Positions 22,212-34,377 of a DNA stretch of 64,000 bases are shown here, in pieces (position 1 is the first letter of the stretch; each line of letters starts with the position of its first letter). Position numbers and translations under genes: made by a program. This DNA comes from an uncultured Hormoscilla sp. (GTDB taxonomy: Bacteria; Cyanobacteriota; Cyanobacteriia; Cyanobacteriales; Desertifilaceae), in contig OZ001293.3 in the NCBI GenBank assembly GCA_963921275.4, forward strand, positions 3,520,001-3,584,000, written 5' to 3'. The notes below the pieces were generated by a model that worked only from the letters and a program-made list of their open reading frames with translations, made no database searches and was not told where the DNA came from.

Positions 22212-23330
22212 ATGTCACAGTTTCCTGTCCGAGTTGGCATTACTTTGGGCACTCGTCCTGAAGCGATTAAACTTGCTCCGGTGATTCGACTGTTCCGTCA
22301 GTCTCCTGCTTTTGATACCCGGGTGATTTTGACGGGTCAGCATCAAGAAATGGTCGCGCAAGTGATGCAATTATTCGGTATCAGCGCTGATGAAGATCTG
22401 GAGATTATGCGGCGTATGCAATCTCTGACTGATATTACTTGTCGGAGTTTGCAGGGGTTGGATTCTATTTTTAATAAACTAGAGCTACAGATGATTTTGG
22501 TGCAGGGAGATACGACGACGGCTTTTGCGGCGGCCCTGGCGGCTTTCTATCATCAAATTCCTGTGGGACATGTGGAAGCTGGTTTGCGCACGGACGATCT
22601 GTTTAATCCTTTTCCAGAGGAGGCTAACCGGCGGCTGATTTCTCAGGTGAGTCAGTTGCATTTTGCTCCTACTGCTACTGCTGTGGCCCATTTACGCAGT
22701 TCTGGGGTGCTGGGGGAAATTCATCAAACTGGCAATACGGTAATTGATGCTTTGCTGATGGTGGCCGGAGATCGGCCAGAATGCAAGATTCCTGGTTTAG
22801 ATTGGAGTCGGCTTCGGGTATTGTTGGCTACTGTTCACCGGCGGGAAAATTGGGGTACGCCTCTGGAGCATATTGCTAAGGGTTTTCTGCAAGTTTTGGA
22901 CCGCTTTCGGGATACGGCTTTATTGTTACCTCTACACCTTAATCCTCGGGTCCGTTCTCCCCTACAGGTCCTTCTGTCCGGGCACGATCGGGTGTTTTTG
23001 ACTGAGCCTCTGGATTATGCTACCTTGGTGGGAGCGATTTCTCGCTGCTATCTGCTGTTGACTGATTCTGGCGGTTTGCAGGAGGAAGCTCCTAGTCTAG
23101 GTAAGCCTGTCCTCGTTTTGCGCAAGACTACGGAAAGACCTGAGGCGATCGCCGCTGGGACGGCTTCCTTGGTTGGTACTAACTCTACAGATATTTTTAC
23201 CGCAGCGGCTGAGTTATTGGGCGATCGGGTTGCTTACGAGCAAATGGCCACGGCGATCAATCCTTTTGGTGACGGTCATGCGGCCGAAAGGATATTACAA
23301 ATTGTCGAGAATTATTTGATCAATTCGTAG
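22212..23330 (+). CDS. wecB: UDP-N-acetylglucosamine 2-epimerase (non-hydrolysing)
   Basis: GTRPEAIK, VQGDTTT, HVEAGLR, TDSGGLQEEAP. Confidence 0.95.
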   Translation: MSQFPVRVGITLGTRPEAIKLAPVIRLFRQSPAFDTRVILTGQHQEMVAQVMQLFGISADEDLEIMRRMQSLTDITCRSLQGLDSIFNKLELQMILVQGDTTTAFAAALAAFYHQIPVGHVEAGLRTDDLFNPFPEEANRRLISQVSQLHFAPTATAVAHLRSSGVLGEIHQTGNTVIDALLMVAGDRPECKIPGLDWSRLRVLLATVHRRENWGTPLEHIAKGFLQVLDRFRDTALLLPLHLNPRVRSPLQVLLSGHDRVFLTEPLDYATLVGAISRCYLLLTDSGGLQEEAPSLGKPVLVLRKTTERPEAIAAGTASLVGTNSTDIFTAAAELLGDRVAYEQMATAINPFGDGHAAERILQIVENYLINS

Positions 23331-24099
23331 TACCTGGGTTCGTAGTAAACGCTAAAGCGTTTACCTGCCAGAGTCCCTCCGTACTGGCATGGGAAGCGAT
23401 CGCCCAAGCATCCGAATGTTAGCTTGCTGGCCCATGCACAGCAGCTCAGAAACCCGGTTTTTCCAAAAACAAACCGAGGGCGTTGCACATCTTGAGGAAT
23501 GATTGTTGCAGCGAAGCTAATTCTTTCTTCAAAATTTTTTCTTCAAAATTCCGAATTGCTAATCACAGATATTTAGCTAGATATAGATATTTATCGCCAG
23601 AACCGATGCAGGTCACTCGGCATAGTACGTGGTCACTGGTCATTTATTATCCCGCCCTTGTACAACGCCCAGAAAATATACTATCGGGCAATGATCGTCT
23701 CAATGTCGCACGTGGATGGTTGTTTTTTTGCTGGCTCCGCGTTTTGCTGGCTTTGCCAATTGTTGACATACATAAATCCTACATTCTACACTACAATCGT
23801 AATACCCTAAATAATACATTGGTCTTCTCAACTCTTACACTATCACAAATATGGGCAAATATCGCAACACAAACTCCCTTAAAATACCCAAAAAATTATA
23901 CCAATCAACAACAACAAACCTACTTCATATAAAATCACTAAAATTTCCCTTTTATTGCTCACAAGAGAGCTACTCAGAGGTAAATACCCCTCAGTTATAC
24001 TCATCACTTGAGCCTGTGTTTTCACATAATTTACGCCAGTAAATAGTAACGCTGACATGCTGGGGGAAAGAATTTCACGCGCGTGTGCAAACGCTCCTT

Positions 24100-24670
24100 A
24101 TTAATATTGGAAATCTGTTTAATACCGCGATCGACATAGATATGGCTTGAGATTTGTAGTTATGTTTGGGGAGAACGAGAGATTGTTAAAGTTGATAATG
24201 ACAGGGATCGACAAACTTCGGAATGGTGCATTGAACATTTTGACTAAGGAATTTATTGTTTTACATTACTCAAGTGGTAATAGTAAAATACTGTCAAATT
24301 TGTTGAAGAGCTTTCATTGTCGTCATCCGCATCAACAAATTATATTAATTTGGGATGGTGCTTCTTACCGAAGAAATGAAAAATATTTTAGCCAAATATA
24401 ATGATGGATTACCTAAAGAGGAATGGTTAATTACTTGTGAATTATTTGCCTTATGGACCAGCTGTGTCCCTTGCAAGGGACACAGGAAGAAAAGCCCGTC
24501 GAAGGAATAAGGTTACAAGTAAAAAATTTCATTCGACATTTTTATTACAAGTGTAAAAATTTCAAAATTGTCAAACACTTGTTTCAGTTTTTCTTTGAGC
24601 TAAAACTATTCAATTCTCCTAATTTGGAAAAATATGATGCGTTTGCACAACTCATGAACGACTCGCTATA
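24100..24670 (+). mobile_element. IS630-family C-terminal remnant
   Basis: GALNILT, IILIWDGASY, PVEGI.LQVK; frameshifted. Confidence 0.7.
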
Positions 24671-24699
24671 TACAACATTATATACAACATTTTTTCCGA

Positions 24700-24990
24700 A
24701 GTAAACGCCTCAACATCGAGCACGTTCGTTGCTAAAATAAACCTACCTGCTTATTTTTTTAACGGTGACTTCGGGACAAAGACTAACAGTTGCTTGAATT
24801 TTATAGTAGCAAGAGTCCGAACCATTCTCATTTTTTCTGAAAATAGCTTCAGTATTTATTGAGGCAAATTTATGATATGATATTTTTACTTTTTTAATAG
24901 CTGATTAGCTGCTTTAATAGCATCCGATTTACAAGCAAAGTCCTGATTGCTTAAATCTTTCAATTTCTTTTTGATAACACCCTAACAGGA
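24700..24990 (-). mobile_element. IS1634-like transposase fragment
   Basis: Minus-strand translation KLKDLSNQDFACKSDAIKAA. Confidence 0.5.
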
Positions 24991-25816
24991 CAGTGGGAAG
25001 TTCTTTCGATGTATGCCATTAGAAATACGAAGAAGGGAACAGAGGTGGGACAAAAAACACTCCCGCAGGCTTGGCCACAGGAATGTTATATACTGGTAGA
25101 GTTATGGAGACTCAACCAGTAGAAATCAATTATGGGCATTCTAGATCTCGTAGAGGAAATATTGAGCGCGCTCCGTTCGCGCAGCGTGGCGCAGCCATAA
25201 GCGTATTTAGTCTGGCTTAGGCTAACGCGCATAGCTACGCGATAGTCGCACTACCCCAGAGATATCGGTGACTCCTTATCTGAACGGGGTGAAGCGAATA
25301 CTACTACCATCAAGCATTGCACTGGTTTCATTCCCATCGATCTCTGCTCCTTGCTCTTGTCCCAAGGGACATGGCTGCGCCCCCAGCGTAGCGCCATCGG
25401 CACACAGGAGACATCGGAGCGTGGTTAAGCTATCACAGACTTGGGCTCAATACTTGATCAAACACCCCAATTTACATCGACTACTCTGAAAAGCAGCGAA
25501 TGGGGATTCAAAAATAGCGGTAGCGTGTTGCCTGTCCTGAGACTAAGGGGAAATCTCAAGGCAGACATAGCTCTTTTTATGTTGGTCAGCATCTCCAGGC
25601 TAAAACGGAGAGCAATTGTGCCCAAAAACTGTGAAGGAACTTTGGCAAATTAACCGCCGTTTCATCAAGCATTATAAAAAAGGACAACGTGCCATAGAGC
25701 TTGCCCTATCTACGTTCTAACCCGCCTTGTCCCCCGATCAGGATTAAATCACACCCGAGCTACCAGAATCTTCTTGCCTACGAGGCTATAGCATCCTAAT
25801 TTTGTCCGGAGTATTG

Positions 25817-27355
25817 CTAGGAAAACTTAGTAAGTAGTCCCAGGAATTTTTTAGTGTTAGGAGTCAGGAGAGTTCGCCTGTAAGCATCAGCAGCTTTCTT
25901 GATACCCTCCGCCTGAGTGGGATAGGGATGAATAACACTAGAAAGCTTGCTCAAACCCACTTTATTGACAATTGCTGTGCTAACTTCACTAATCATCTCT
26001 CCGGCATGGCGTGCTACTATTGTCGCACCCAGAATTTGGTCAGAACCCTGTTTGTGATGGATCTTGACAAATCCTTCTTCTTCACCATCCGCGATCGCCC
26101 TGTCCACGCTACTCATGAGAATCTTAATCGTATCGATCTCAATCCCCTGTGTGTGGGCCTCATGCTCGTACAGTCCCACATGGGCTATTTCTGGGTCAGT
26201 ATAAGTCACCCAAGGCATCACCAGACTGCTGAGTTTGTAGCGTCCGAAACCAAAGGGAGAAAACAGGGTATTCTTGATCACAATCCGGGCCGCAGCGTCA
26301 GCGGCATGGGTGAACTGCCACTTCATGCAGATATCCCCAGCGGCATAAATCTGGGGATTTGCGGTCTGGAGATGATCGTTGACCTTTACCCCCCTTTTAT
26401 CGTACTCCACGCCGACTGCTTCCAAGTTCAGTCCTTCCACGTTGGGAGCCCGACCTGCACCTACGAGAATATCATCAACTACAATTGAATCTTCCCTACC
26501 ATTTTCAGTAAAGTAGATTACCTTGCCTTCACTGGTTCTCTCTACCCGATGCAGCTTGCTGTTGAGTACGAGGCGAATTCCTTCCCGAATAAATTGCTGC
26601 TGGATAATTTCCGCTGCATCGGCATCTTCTTTATTCAAGATATGTCCGCCACGATGGAAAAGCACTACCTCAGATCCTAAGCGATGGAAGGCTTGCGCCA
26701 ACTCGCAGCCGATCGGTCCCCCGCCAATTACCGCCAGGCGATCGGGGCGTTCCGTCAGGTTAAAAACCGTCTCGTTAGTGAGAAAACCCGCCTCTTGGAT
26801 TCCCTCAACCGGGGGGCGCACTGCCCTAGCACCCGTGGCAATCACTGCTTTTTTATACTTGAGTGTTTTACCCGCAACTTCAATCGAGTTATTACCGACA
26901 AAACTCCCCTTTCCTAGAAAGACATCGATCCCCAGGTTACTGAAGCGTTCAACTGAATCGTGATGGCTAATCCCAGCCCGCAGTTTCCGCATCCGCTGCA
27001 TTACTGCTAGAAAATCTACTTCAATCTTTTCTGGCCGACGGATGCCAAAAAGTTCCGCATCCTGCATATCGGCGACTACGCGAGAGGAACGGATGAGGCA
27101 TTTGGAGGGGACGCAACCCACATTTAAGCAATCTCCCCCCATGAGATGTTTCTCAATCAAGGCAACTTTCAAACCCACATCTAATCCTGCTGCACCTGCG
27201 GCAACCACTAACCCGGCTGTGCCAGCACCAATCACTACTAAATCGTACAAATCAGCAGGGGTGGGATTAACCCAATCTGGTGGATGAACATAACCAACCA
27301 ATTGCTGGTTATATTCATCCATGGGCGGGACTGTAACTATTTGCTCATTTGTCAT
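25817..27355 (-). CDS. Pyridine nucleotide-disulfide oxidoreductase (mercuric reductase-like family)
   Basis: GAGTAG, GGDCLNVGCVPSK, GGGPIGCE, HPYPTQAE; no C-terminal Cys-Cys. Confidence 0.9.
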   Translation of the reverse strand: MTNEQIVTVPPMDEYNQQLVGYVHPPDWVNPTPADLYDLVVIGAGTAGLVVAAGAAGLDVGLKVALIEKHLMGGDCLNVGCVPSKCLIRSSRVVADMQDAELFGIRRPEKIEVDFLAVMQRMRKLRAGISHHDSVERFSNLGIDVFLGKGSFVGNNSIEVAGKTLKYKKAVIATGARAVRPPVEGIQEAGFLTNETVFNLTERPDRLAVIGGGPIGCELAQAFHRLGSEVVLFHRGGHILNKEDADAAEIIQQQFIREGIRLVLNSKLHRVERTSEGKVIYFTENGREDSIVVDDILVGAGRAPNVEGLNLEAVGVEYDKRGVKVNDHLQTANPQIYAAGDICMKWQFTHAADAAARIVIKNTLFSPFGFGRYKLSSLVMPWVTYTDPEIAHVGLYEHEAHTQGIEIDTIKILMSSVDRAIADGEEEGFVKIHHKQGSDQILGATIVARHAGEMISEVSTAIVNKVGLSKLSSVIHPYPTQAEGIKKAADAYRRTLLTPNTKKFLGLLTKFS

Positions 27356-27371
27356 TGCTTAAAACCCTAAA

Positions 27372-28118
27372 TTAAGATACTTTCTTTTCCAAAGCTTGGC
27401 GGGCGATCCGAGTCACGTAGACAGTGACAGCAACGGTGGCGATAAAACCAATAATCCGAATTGCCCATTGCACGGCGGGATTGGTGGGTTGTTCCCCAGT
27501 CCCGATCGTGGCCAGATCTTCCGCCAATGAACCAATATAAACGTACATGATCGTTCCTGGAAGCATGCCAATGGAGCCGAGGACATAGTCTTTCAGCCCC
27601 ACCCCCGTTACACCATAGGCGTAGTTTAATAGGTTGAAGGGAAACACTGGAGACAGTCTTGTGAGCAGGACGATTTTGAATCCCTCTCGGCCTACTGCTT
27701 CATCAATGGCTTTGAACTTTTCCTTCCCGGCAATTTTCTGGACCACCCGGTCCCGCGCTAGATAACGTCCAACTAGGAAGGCCGCGGTGGCGCCAATGGT
27801 TGCCCCGATGAACACGTAGATTGAACCGAAAACCACGCCAAACACGACGCCAGCACCGAGGGTGAGAATTGACCCTGGTAAGAAGGCGACGGTGGCGATG
27901 ATGTAGATGACAATAAAGGAGATCGCCCCCACCGGTCCCAAGCCTTCAATCCATTCTAAGGCGCTGCGCAACCATGCTTGGGAATTAAATCCACCACTGG
28001 TGGCGGCCTCCTGAGCTAAGGCTGCGGCCGTTGCTACCAACAGCCCGATCGCCACTATTGGCAGTATTTGCTGCCACTTTCTCCCACGACTTTTCCTTGT
28101 TTGAATCATATCACTCAC
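27372..28118 (-). CDS. TVP38/TMEM64 (DedA/SNARE-associated) membrane protein
   Basis: FLPGSILTLGAG, LTRLSPVFPFNLLNY, GMLPGT; start may be 28109. Confidence 0.9.
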   Translation of the reverse strand: MSDMIQTRKSRGRKWQQILPIVAIGLLVATAAALAQEAATSGGFNSQAWLRSALEWIEGLGPVGAISFIVIYIIATVAFLPGSILTLGAGVVFGVVFGSIYVFIGATIGATAAFLVGRYLARDRVVQKIAGKEKFKAIDEAVGREGFKIVLLTRLSPVFPFNLLNYAYGVTGVGLKDYVLGSIGMLPGTIMYVYIGSLAEDLATIGTGEQPTNPAVQWAIRIIGFIATVAVTVYVTRIARQALEKKVS

Positions 28119-28537
28119 TTTCTACTTGACTACTGGCTTGCTACCTATGTATAATCTAAGATGCCAATGCTCTTCTTATATCGAGATAGTCACAACCAGT
28201 ATCTTCATCTTTTCGGTAGCTAAGATGAGGATCTGCTGAGAACAAAATAAGAAGCTCTTATTTCCCCTTGCGTTTTCTACCGTACCGATAACAGAACGGC
28301 GTTGCACAATAACGGGATGATGAGCATCGTTGCAGAAGTTTTAAACCTAGACTACAAGACATTCGATGTGCTCGGGGCGCCCATGGCTGCGCCACGCTAC
28401 GGGATAGTCGCACGCTCTTCGGACACATCAAAGAATCAGTTGCTTGCCACAAGGTATTACAGTTAATACAAACCTGATTTATACGGCTTGGGACTTCGAT
28501 AATGTAAGTTACGCTTTGCGGTAGCTTACTGTTACTA

Positions 28538-28736
28538 GAGCGTCGGTCCATTAATAATACTTGACAAATTTAAACTACTGTGTATGTCCGAAAAATAAGT
28601 ATATTCTCGTAAAAATATCTGGCCTTCACTCCCTCTGGACATCATGATTTTATCCAAAATCTGTTCTACTGAACGGGCGAGCGGGCATATACACATTTTC
28701 TTTTTTTTGTCAACCCCCTCTACTGGACCGACGCTC
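28538..28736. mobile_element. MITE, 199 bp (same family as 7600-7740)
   Basis: TIRs GAGCGTCGGTCCA / TGGACCGACGCTC, TA flanks. Confidence 0.85.
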
Positions 28737-28799
28737 TAGCTTTCCATATAGTTTGACTGTAGAACTGATAAAGGTAGAGGTATCATCTTCGAGAGTTCT

Positions 28800-28880
28800 G
28801 TGCGATTCGTTTAGTGTAAACCACCGATGAAAACCAAGTGGGGACCACTAGCTAGGTTTCATTAGCCTAGACAACTTACA
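28800..28880 (+). mobile_element. Orphan 5' fragment of a group II intron
   Basis: GTGCGATTCGTT..GTAAAC...GGTTTCATT resembles the start of the 4516 intron; no domain V downstream. Confidence 0.55.
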
Positions 28881-28992
28881 GATATTGTCTGCTCGGAGTG
28901 CTGTTGTAATCGGTGGAATGAATGCGCCAAACTATGGGCACAGCTTCCAAAGCATCAACAGAGCCTATCGCGCAGCGTGGCCCAGCCATATA

Positions 28993-30045
28993 TAGCATTT
29001 CTCAGAGTTATGAGGTACAATATAGTAAGCCTTTCAGGAGTCGGGCAGCGATTTTTGCTCAAACAATTACCCTGCAAGGGTTTGAGCCGCAGGTGCTCGG
29101 GAGAGCGATATTTGCACAAATGATGCCCGACTCGCTATAATAAAAGTAAGTTCAAAAAGGAGTGTTAGGAAAGCGATGAAACCATATTCAATAGACTTTA
29201 GACAAAAACTAATAGAAGTTTACGAACAGGAAAAGACATCTATTCGTAAATTAGCTCAAGGTTTTCGGCCAAGAGTTTTATTCAAAACTTGATTAAGCAA
29301 TATAAAGAAACAGGCGATATTAGACCCAAACGTCGGTAGTCCACCGACTAAGTTGAATAGTGAGCAATTAGTTAGTTTAGTAGAAATTATGGAGACTAAT
29401 AATGATGCAAGGCTTGAAGAGTTATGTGAATTGCTTTATGAAAAAACGTGGGCGACAATGGGAAGAATTACTCAAAAATTAAACTACCAAAAAAAAACTT
29501 TGCACAGAAAAAGAACGATGTACTTGAAAAAAGAGTAAAATATTGGGAAAACAGACAAAATATTGGGAAAACAGACATTAACCCTAAAGACTTATTATTT
29601 GTGGATGAATGTAAATTTAGCACTGGATGTATGATAGAAGTTTAAAAGGAGAAAGGGTCAGAGGGAGTAAACCTCAAAAAAGAGGAAAAAATGTTTCATT
29701 TATTGGTGCTTTGTCATTAGAAAAAGTAGTAGCTATAAGATAATTTTACGGCGATAACTTTTGAAGCTTTTATAATAATAGATTTAGTACCGCAGGAAAA
29801 ATGCTTGTGTAGTCATGGATAATGCTAAAATTCATCAAGGTAAAATGCTTCGAGAAGCTATTGAAAAAGTAGGCAATTTATTTATCTCCTTATTCTCCTT
29901 TTCTCCAATTGAAAACTTTTGGTCTAAAGTTAAAGATTTTTTAAATAAAATTAAAGCAAGAACCTATAAAGATTTAATCGAGGCAATTGCAGATGCTATT
30001 CTACAGGTAAGTCAGCAAGACATTCACAATTGGTTTGCTCACTGC
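28993..30045 (+). mobile_element. IS630-family remnant
   Basis: End TAGCATTTCTCAG; MKPYSIDFRQK, FVDE, MDNAKIH, FSPIENFWSKVK; frameshifted. Confidence 0.8.
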
Positions 30046-30771
30046 ATCGGTATTGGTATAGGTGAAATCTAAATCATCTCCGAAGCCGAGTAAATTCCCC
30101 TGGTGGATCTCCACGCCCCGTCGCCAACTACCGACGCTGGGAGTACGACCATTATTCGTAACCACGACAAAGTTAAAATTGTCAGCTTCAGTGACATCAA
30201 CCTCAAGAAAACTCAACTCCGGGCGCGGGCCAGCAGAGAGTTGGGCCGATATATTTTCAATCAAAGGGTTCAGCTGTAACAATTGCATCGCCTCCAACAA
30301 CCGGTTTTGATTCAGAGGTTGTTTCGCAGCGATGCCCAAGCGCGATCAGACATAACTAGGATGAATTCGTCCCGTCACCCGCACATCAATATCTGCGACT
30401 CCCCCCTCAACGATCTGGATTGTAATTATCGACTCAGAGGGAGAGAAACTTTGGTCAGCGGGGATTGTCGCCCCAGAATTAACATAGCCTGCATCATTAT
30501 AGAGCTTGGTAACCACAGATTCCACTTCCAGCAGTTCCGCGAATGTCAGAGGTCTACCGGTGTAATCTTGAGTTAATTCCGCCAACTCGGCATCGCTAAA
30601 AGCTGTATTACCCTGAAAGACAAACTCTTTGACAACGATCCTGTCAGGAATGGGTGCAGGGGCGCTAGTCTGGGTCGAAGGAGCTTCCTGTGCTATCACC
30701 AAAGGAGTAGTCCCTATTACCATTAAAATCACTGGTGCTATCAGCCAGTTCCGATAATATTTTAACAACAC
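30045..30771 (-). pseudogene. ShlB/FhaC-type two-partner secretion transporter, truncated
   Basis: POTRA FQGNTAFSDAEL, LYNDAGYVNSGA, LLQLNPLIE; frameshift near 30345; cut by IS630 remnant. Confidence 0.85.
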
Positions 30772-30868
30772 TTTCGCTCACATGCTCTCATAATGTTGTA
30801 ACATTATCGCACCCTATGAACCCATTCTAAGCCCTTTCTCCTGCAAAAGTAAGGGTTTAACCCTCACC

Positions 30869-31855
30869 CTACAGCAAAGCCCCACCACAGCTAGAACCCG
30901 AACCCGCAGTGCAACCATAGCAATAGTTAGCCGTTTGCACTTGCTCGATCGCCTGCAAACTCCCCGCCGCCAACAAAGAGGCCACTGTCAGCTTTTCGCC
31001 ATCAGCAGTTACAGCTGGCAAACCCGACATCTGATTAAAATCGCAGTCGTAGACATTGCCCAGATAGTCGATCGAGAGTTGATTGCGGCACATCAAGTTC
31101 TCCACTGTGGATCGATTAAAGTTATCTGCCAAGAAATGCAGATAAGGTTCGTGCAGTTGGCGCCGTTGTAGATGTAACTTCGTCCGCCCGAGCGGGATAT
31201 TAGTAATCGTCAGCAATTGGTTAAAGCCAATATCAAAATGTTCTTGCAGATAAGCTTTATAATCCCGTTCCAACTGACGCTGTGCGGGAGGGAGAGAGAA
31301 ATTTATGTCAGTCGGTATTTTCGGATTATACACCATATCCAGGACTAGCTGCGGGTCTCGACCATAGCCCAAGCTATTCAACCATTGTAGCGCCCGAATC
31401 GAATCATGATAAACCCCAGAGCCGCGCATTTTATCCACATTATCTTCCAGATAGCAAGGCAGAGAAGCCACCACCCGCAGCTGATGTTGAGCGAAATATG
31501 CAGGTAAATCTTCAAACCCCTTGACAAAGAAAATAGTCAGATTAGAACGGACGATCGTCTCCTTTCCAGCGCTGCGGGCCGCTTCCACCAAGGGCTTAAA
31601 ACCATAATTCATTTCCGGTGCCCCCCCAGTCAAGTCAACAGTTTGAATTTGCGTAAATTCTTGAATCAGTTCAATCAATTGGCGACAAACCTCTGGAGAA
31701 AGTTCTTCAGTCCGTTTCGGCCCAGCTTCCACATGGCAATGGCTACAGGCCAGATTACAACGTTTCCCCAAATTAATTTGCAGAACGGCGATCGGCTTTT
31801 TCTTTAAGGGTGAACCCAGCCGCCTTGAGAAATTCGTTAATGCTGTCTGCATCAT
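30869..31855 (-). CDS. arsS: ArsS-family (arsenosugar-type) radical SAM / Cys-rich protein
   Basis: CNLACSHCHVEAGP, DLTGGAPE, MCRNQLS, YDCDFNQ, CYGCTAGSGSSCGG. Confidence 0.85.
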   Translation of the reverse strand: MMQTALTNFSRRLGSPLKKKPIAVLQINLGKRCNLACSHCHVEAGPKRTEELSPEVCRQLIELIQEFTQIQTVDLTGGAPEMNYGFKPLVEAARSAGKETIVRSNLTIFFVKGFEDLPAYFAQHQLRVVASLPCYLEDNVDKMRGSGVYHDSIRALQWLNSLGYGRDPQLVLDMVYNPKIPTDINFSLPPAQRQLERDYKAYLQEHFDIGFNQLLTITNIPLGRTKLHLQRRQLHEPYLHFLADNFNRSTVENLMCRNQLSIDYLGNVYDCDFNQMSGLPAVTADGEKLTVASLLAAGSLQAIEQVQTANYCYGCTAGSGSSCGGALL

Positions 31856-32433
31856 CTTTAATCTTCACTTCTAAATCTGCTGCTCTGACATCATAGCATA
31901 GCCAAATCATAAACTCAACTTAATCTAATCTGAGATTCAGCTGATAAATAGCTGAAATAACCCTGCCTAAAGGGTAGGGCTACAGAAACAAAGCCCGCCG
32001 GCGCGGGCTTGATTACTTGCATTCATATGTTGCTGCGGGCCTGGTTTCACCAGTAGCCCAGAAACCAGATTTTTCCCAGAAACCTGGTTTCTTAATTCAA
32101 GAAGATCAATCTCGCAACTTCCAACGGTGCAAGATCGCAATACTAAGTCACTTCAGTTTTCTTCGTCTGTTTAAGTTTGCGCTTGATGTTAAGCAAAAAC
32201 TGGAGCCAGAGTTGCTCAGGGCGATCGAAGAAAATAAAAATGTCTCCATTGGCATTCAGGAGTAGTGATAAACAAGAGATTGCCAAGAGGTGCAGGTGTT
32301 TGCCATTCTAAGGCAGAGATATGCCTCCAAACCTGGGGAGAATGGCACTGACGACGAAGGAGTGAAAAAAAGCTCCAAAGCATGCTAGATAAGGATTATA
32401 GCCCTGAAGCCTAGTAAGCTATTACCCATAATC

Positions 32434-32830
32434 ATGCCCAATCGAGCTGATCTTCTCAAGTGTCAATTGGCTTCGAAGCAATCGCTTTACCATTCCGACA
32501 GGTGCTGCCAGAATCAGACATTCAACAGTTATGCGGACCACGAAAACCTCCCTCGTTCGCCATCGATTGTTTTCGCCGGTGGTTACCCTGTGGATGTTCT
32601 TGCTGTGGATGCAGGTCATCGATATGGCTGCGCCCCCAGCGCAGCGCTATCAGCCTCTACTCGCACATTAGCAGTCAGTAAGGTTGTGGCCTGGTGCAGC
32701 GGCAGGCCCCCGAGGATAGCGCTGCGCATGGCTGCGCCACGCTACGCGATGGGGGCGCAGCCATGGACACGCTTTGCCGGAGGCAAAGCCAGAAAACGTC
32801 TACTCGTAGTGGAGCGCCTTTTAGCCCACA
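32434..32830 (+). mobile_element. IS4-family N-terminal remnant carrying SDR-like inserts
   Basis: MPNRADLLK..PFRQVLPESDI, RLFSPVVTLWMFL, AVSKVVAW across frameshifts. Confidence 0.6.
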
Positions 32831-33134
32831 TCCCGCACGACAGGAAGTAGTACATTTGTAATCCATGTTTTGCGCTTTTTCTGCTACATTTGTAGCAGAA
32901 AAAGCGCAAGTATTTATACTCAAAATAAATCTTGAATAAAATGGCTCTCCTGGGTTTTTGGCGATCAATGTATTGCCAGATACAAAATAGGTGGTCTAAA
33001 AAGGCTGAAACCCTTGATTTAGCGTATATATAAGTTTTACTTATCACTATAAGTACAGGAGACCCAATAAAATCTGCCCCAAGACAAGAAAAATGTGTTA
33101 AGGTAGAAAATGAAGAAAGTTAGGACATTGGCAC

Positions 33135-33645
33135 ATGGAAATTAGTAATTTAGACCATCTGGGATTAGTGGCAGGAGTAATAGATGAAATAGGCATAGAA
33201 GAAATAATTAACCGGCGATTGGGAGAACACTGGAGAAAATCAGCTCTGGTAAAGTCATAAAAGCAATGATAATTAATGCCTTGGGGTTAATTTCATCTGT
33301 ATCTGTTTGCTAAATTTTTTGAATGCCAAGCAATAGAACATTTGCTTGGAGAAGGGATAAAAATACTTGAATGATGATAGATTGGGCAGGGTCTTTGATA
33401 AATTATCTGACATGGGTATTAGAGAAATATTTGTAGAAGTAGTTTTGTCGGTTTTGAAAAACTATCAAATCTTGATGTAATCAGCAGATTTAGATACATT
33501 TAGATGCAAGTTCATTTCATATTCATGGAGAGTATAAAGTGGAGAATGTAGAGTATGAAGTTGGAGAAGCAGAATCGAGACCGATAAAGATAACTCATGG
33601 ATATTCATTCTTACCATAGACCGGATTTGAAACAATTTACAATGG
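33135..33645 (+). mobile_element. IS1634-family N-terminal remnant
   Basis: NLDHLGLVAGVIDEIG, LNDDRLGR, ITHGYS..HRPDLKQF. Confidence 0.75.
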
Positions 33646-34377
33646 AGTTATAGCATTTCTCAGAGTTGTGTGCCATATCTTCTTATCAATCACCCCGGCT
33701 TTTAACCATGCCCGTACTTGTTTACGGATTGGTGATGTAGTATTTAATTTTTCGACTAGCGCTTTGTGGTCTATCCTGTCGAAACATTTCGCAATATCTG
33801 CATCTAATACCCATTTGGGTTTCTGTTTGATGCTGCTGAATATTGCTTCAATTGCATCGTGGCATCCCCTTCCCGGTCTGAATCCGTAAGAGTTCCCCTC
33901 CATGTATGCCTCCCATTCTGGTTCTAATACAATTTTGAGGAGCCCTTGAGTCGCGCGGTCGTGCGTTGTGGGTATTCCTAAAGGACGCTTTTCATCTCTT
34001 CTTGGCTTGGGAATCCATACACGACGTGTAGGTTTAGCCTTGTTTGAGATTTCGATTTGCCTTACCAGTTCTAGTCGTTTCTCTGGGGTCAGTGACTTAA
34101 CACCGTCCACTCCTGCCGTTTTTTTACCCTGGTTTTCCTGCGTTACCCGCTGTACCGCTAAACATTTGGCAGCCCGGGAGCTTACCAGTAACCTCTGGAG
34201 TCTGCGAACTCTTTGCTTATTGCCTTCCATTGCCGCTCTGTAAATTCGTTTTTGCAACTTGAAGACTACCCTCTCCAGCTTCTGCCAGGGGATGGCCCTC
34301 CATTCATTCATCGATTCGGAAACCGTGCTCATGACGTATGCATTGCTACTTACAACTTCACAATTGACGTTACCCAT
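33637..34377 (-). pseudogene. Group II intron reverse transcriptase/maturase, truncated before the YADD domain
   Basis: KLQKRIYRA, GKKTAGVDG, RPLGIPT, SYGFRPGR, VLDADIAKCFD; start may be 34332. Confidence 0.92.

Noticed and set aside
23483..24060. ORFs 23483-23932 and 23851-24042
   Set aside because: AT-rich decayed sequence with no motif I can assign.
25817..27355. True MerA mercury resistance gene
   Set aside because: No C-terminal Cys-Cys pair and no mer operon genes.
33637..34377. Retron, DGR or defence RT
   Set aside because: Group II intron RT N-terminal motifs with intron RNA upstream; no TR/VR pair or msr-msd seen; truncated.
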